Shown here piece after piece: positions 14,189 through 14,383 of a stretch of 14,383 bases of DNA. The notes under the pieces were generated by a model, which searched no databases, was not told where the DNA came from, and was given only the letters and a program-made list of their open reading frames with translations. The stretch is from assembly GCA_964016885.1 (NCBI GenBank), contig CAXHJY010000076.1:1-14383 (forward strand). Direction: 5' to 3'. The stretch's first letter is position 1, and each line of letters starts with the position of its first letter. This DNA comes from Eledone cirrhosa (Eukaryota). Made by a program: the position numbers and the translations under genes.

Positions 14189-14202
14189 ACACACTCACAC
14201 AC
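14169..14202. repeat. Compound microsatellite: imperfect (GAT)n followed by (AC)n
   Basis: GATGATGATGAGATGATGAT (14169-14188), then ACACACTCACACAC (14189-14202). Confidence 0.8.
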
Positions 14203-14383
14203 TATTAATAAAATTACAAGGGTTAGATTTCTATATCTTCTTTTATCAAGGATTTAACTGTAAATCGCATTTCTGTGATGCAATTCTAATGGCATGTTGG
14301 TATCATGCAATTTCTAATGCAATGTCTTCAAGCTCTTATGTCATACATATCTAAAAACACTGCAATATATTGAGACAGATATG

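Noticed and set aside
14278-14324. Short imperfect direct repeat (ATGCAATTCTAATGGCATG / ATGCAATTTCTAATGCAATG)
   Set aside because: Only two short AT-rich copies with no supporting context, most likely a small local duplication or chance.
14157-14354. 65-aa plus-strand ORF (MLNEDDDEMMIHTHT...)
   Set aside because: It starts inside the retroposon 3' end, its N-terminus is translated microsatellite, and it has no recognisable motif. An ORF this short is expected by chance.

Overview
About 97% of the window (1-13891) is one uninterrupted tandem array of roughly 770 copies of an 18-bp unit, ATCACTACCAACAACAAC. The + strand is almost G-free. Common length variants are a 19-bp unit (extra C) and a 15-bp unit (one AAC fewer). 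The array runs off the left edge of the window. On the right it ends in a short degenerate (ATC)n stretch, followed by about 470 bp of AT-rich eukaryote-like flank. That flank holds a short retroposon remnant (about 14011-14188) with a GGTTGGTGTTAGGAAGGGCATCCAGCC motif and a (GAT)n tail, which from memory resembles RTE-derived SINE-like repeats abundant in octopus genomes. No credible protein-coding gene, RNA gene or CRISPR array is present, and all supplied ORFs look like by-products of the repeat. The points of interest are the array's internal architecture (polar 19-mer gradient, locally amplified marker variants, block duplications), its telomere-like orientation, and a T-depleted stretch that is probably an assembly artefact. 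I find no evidence for a new gene system.
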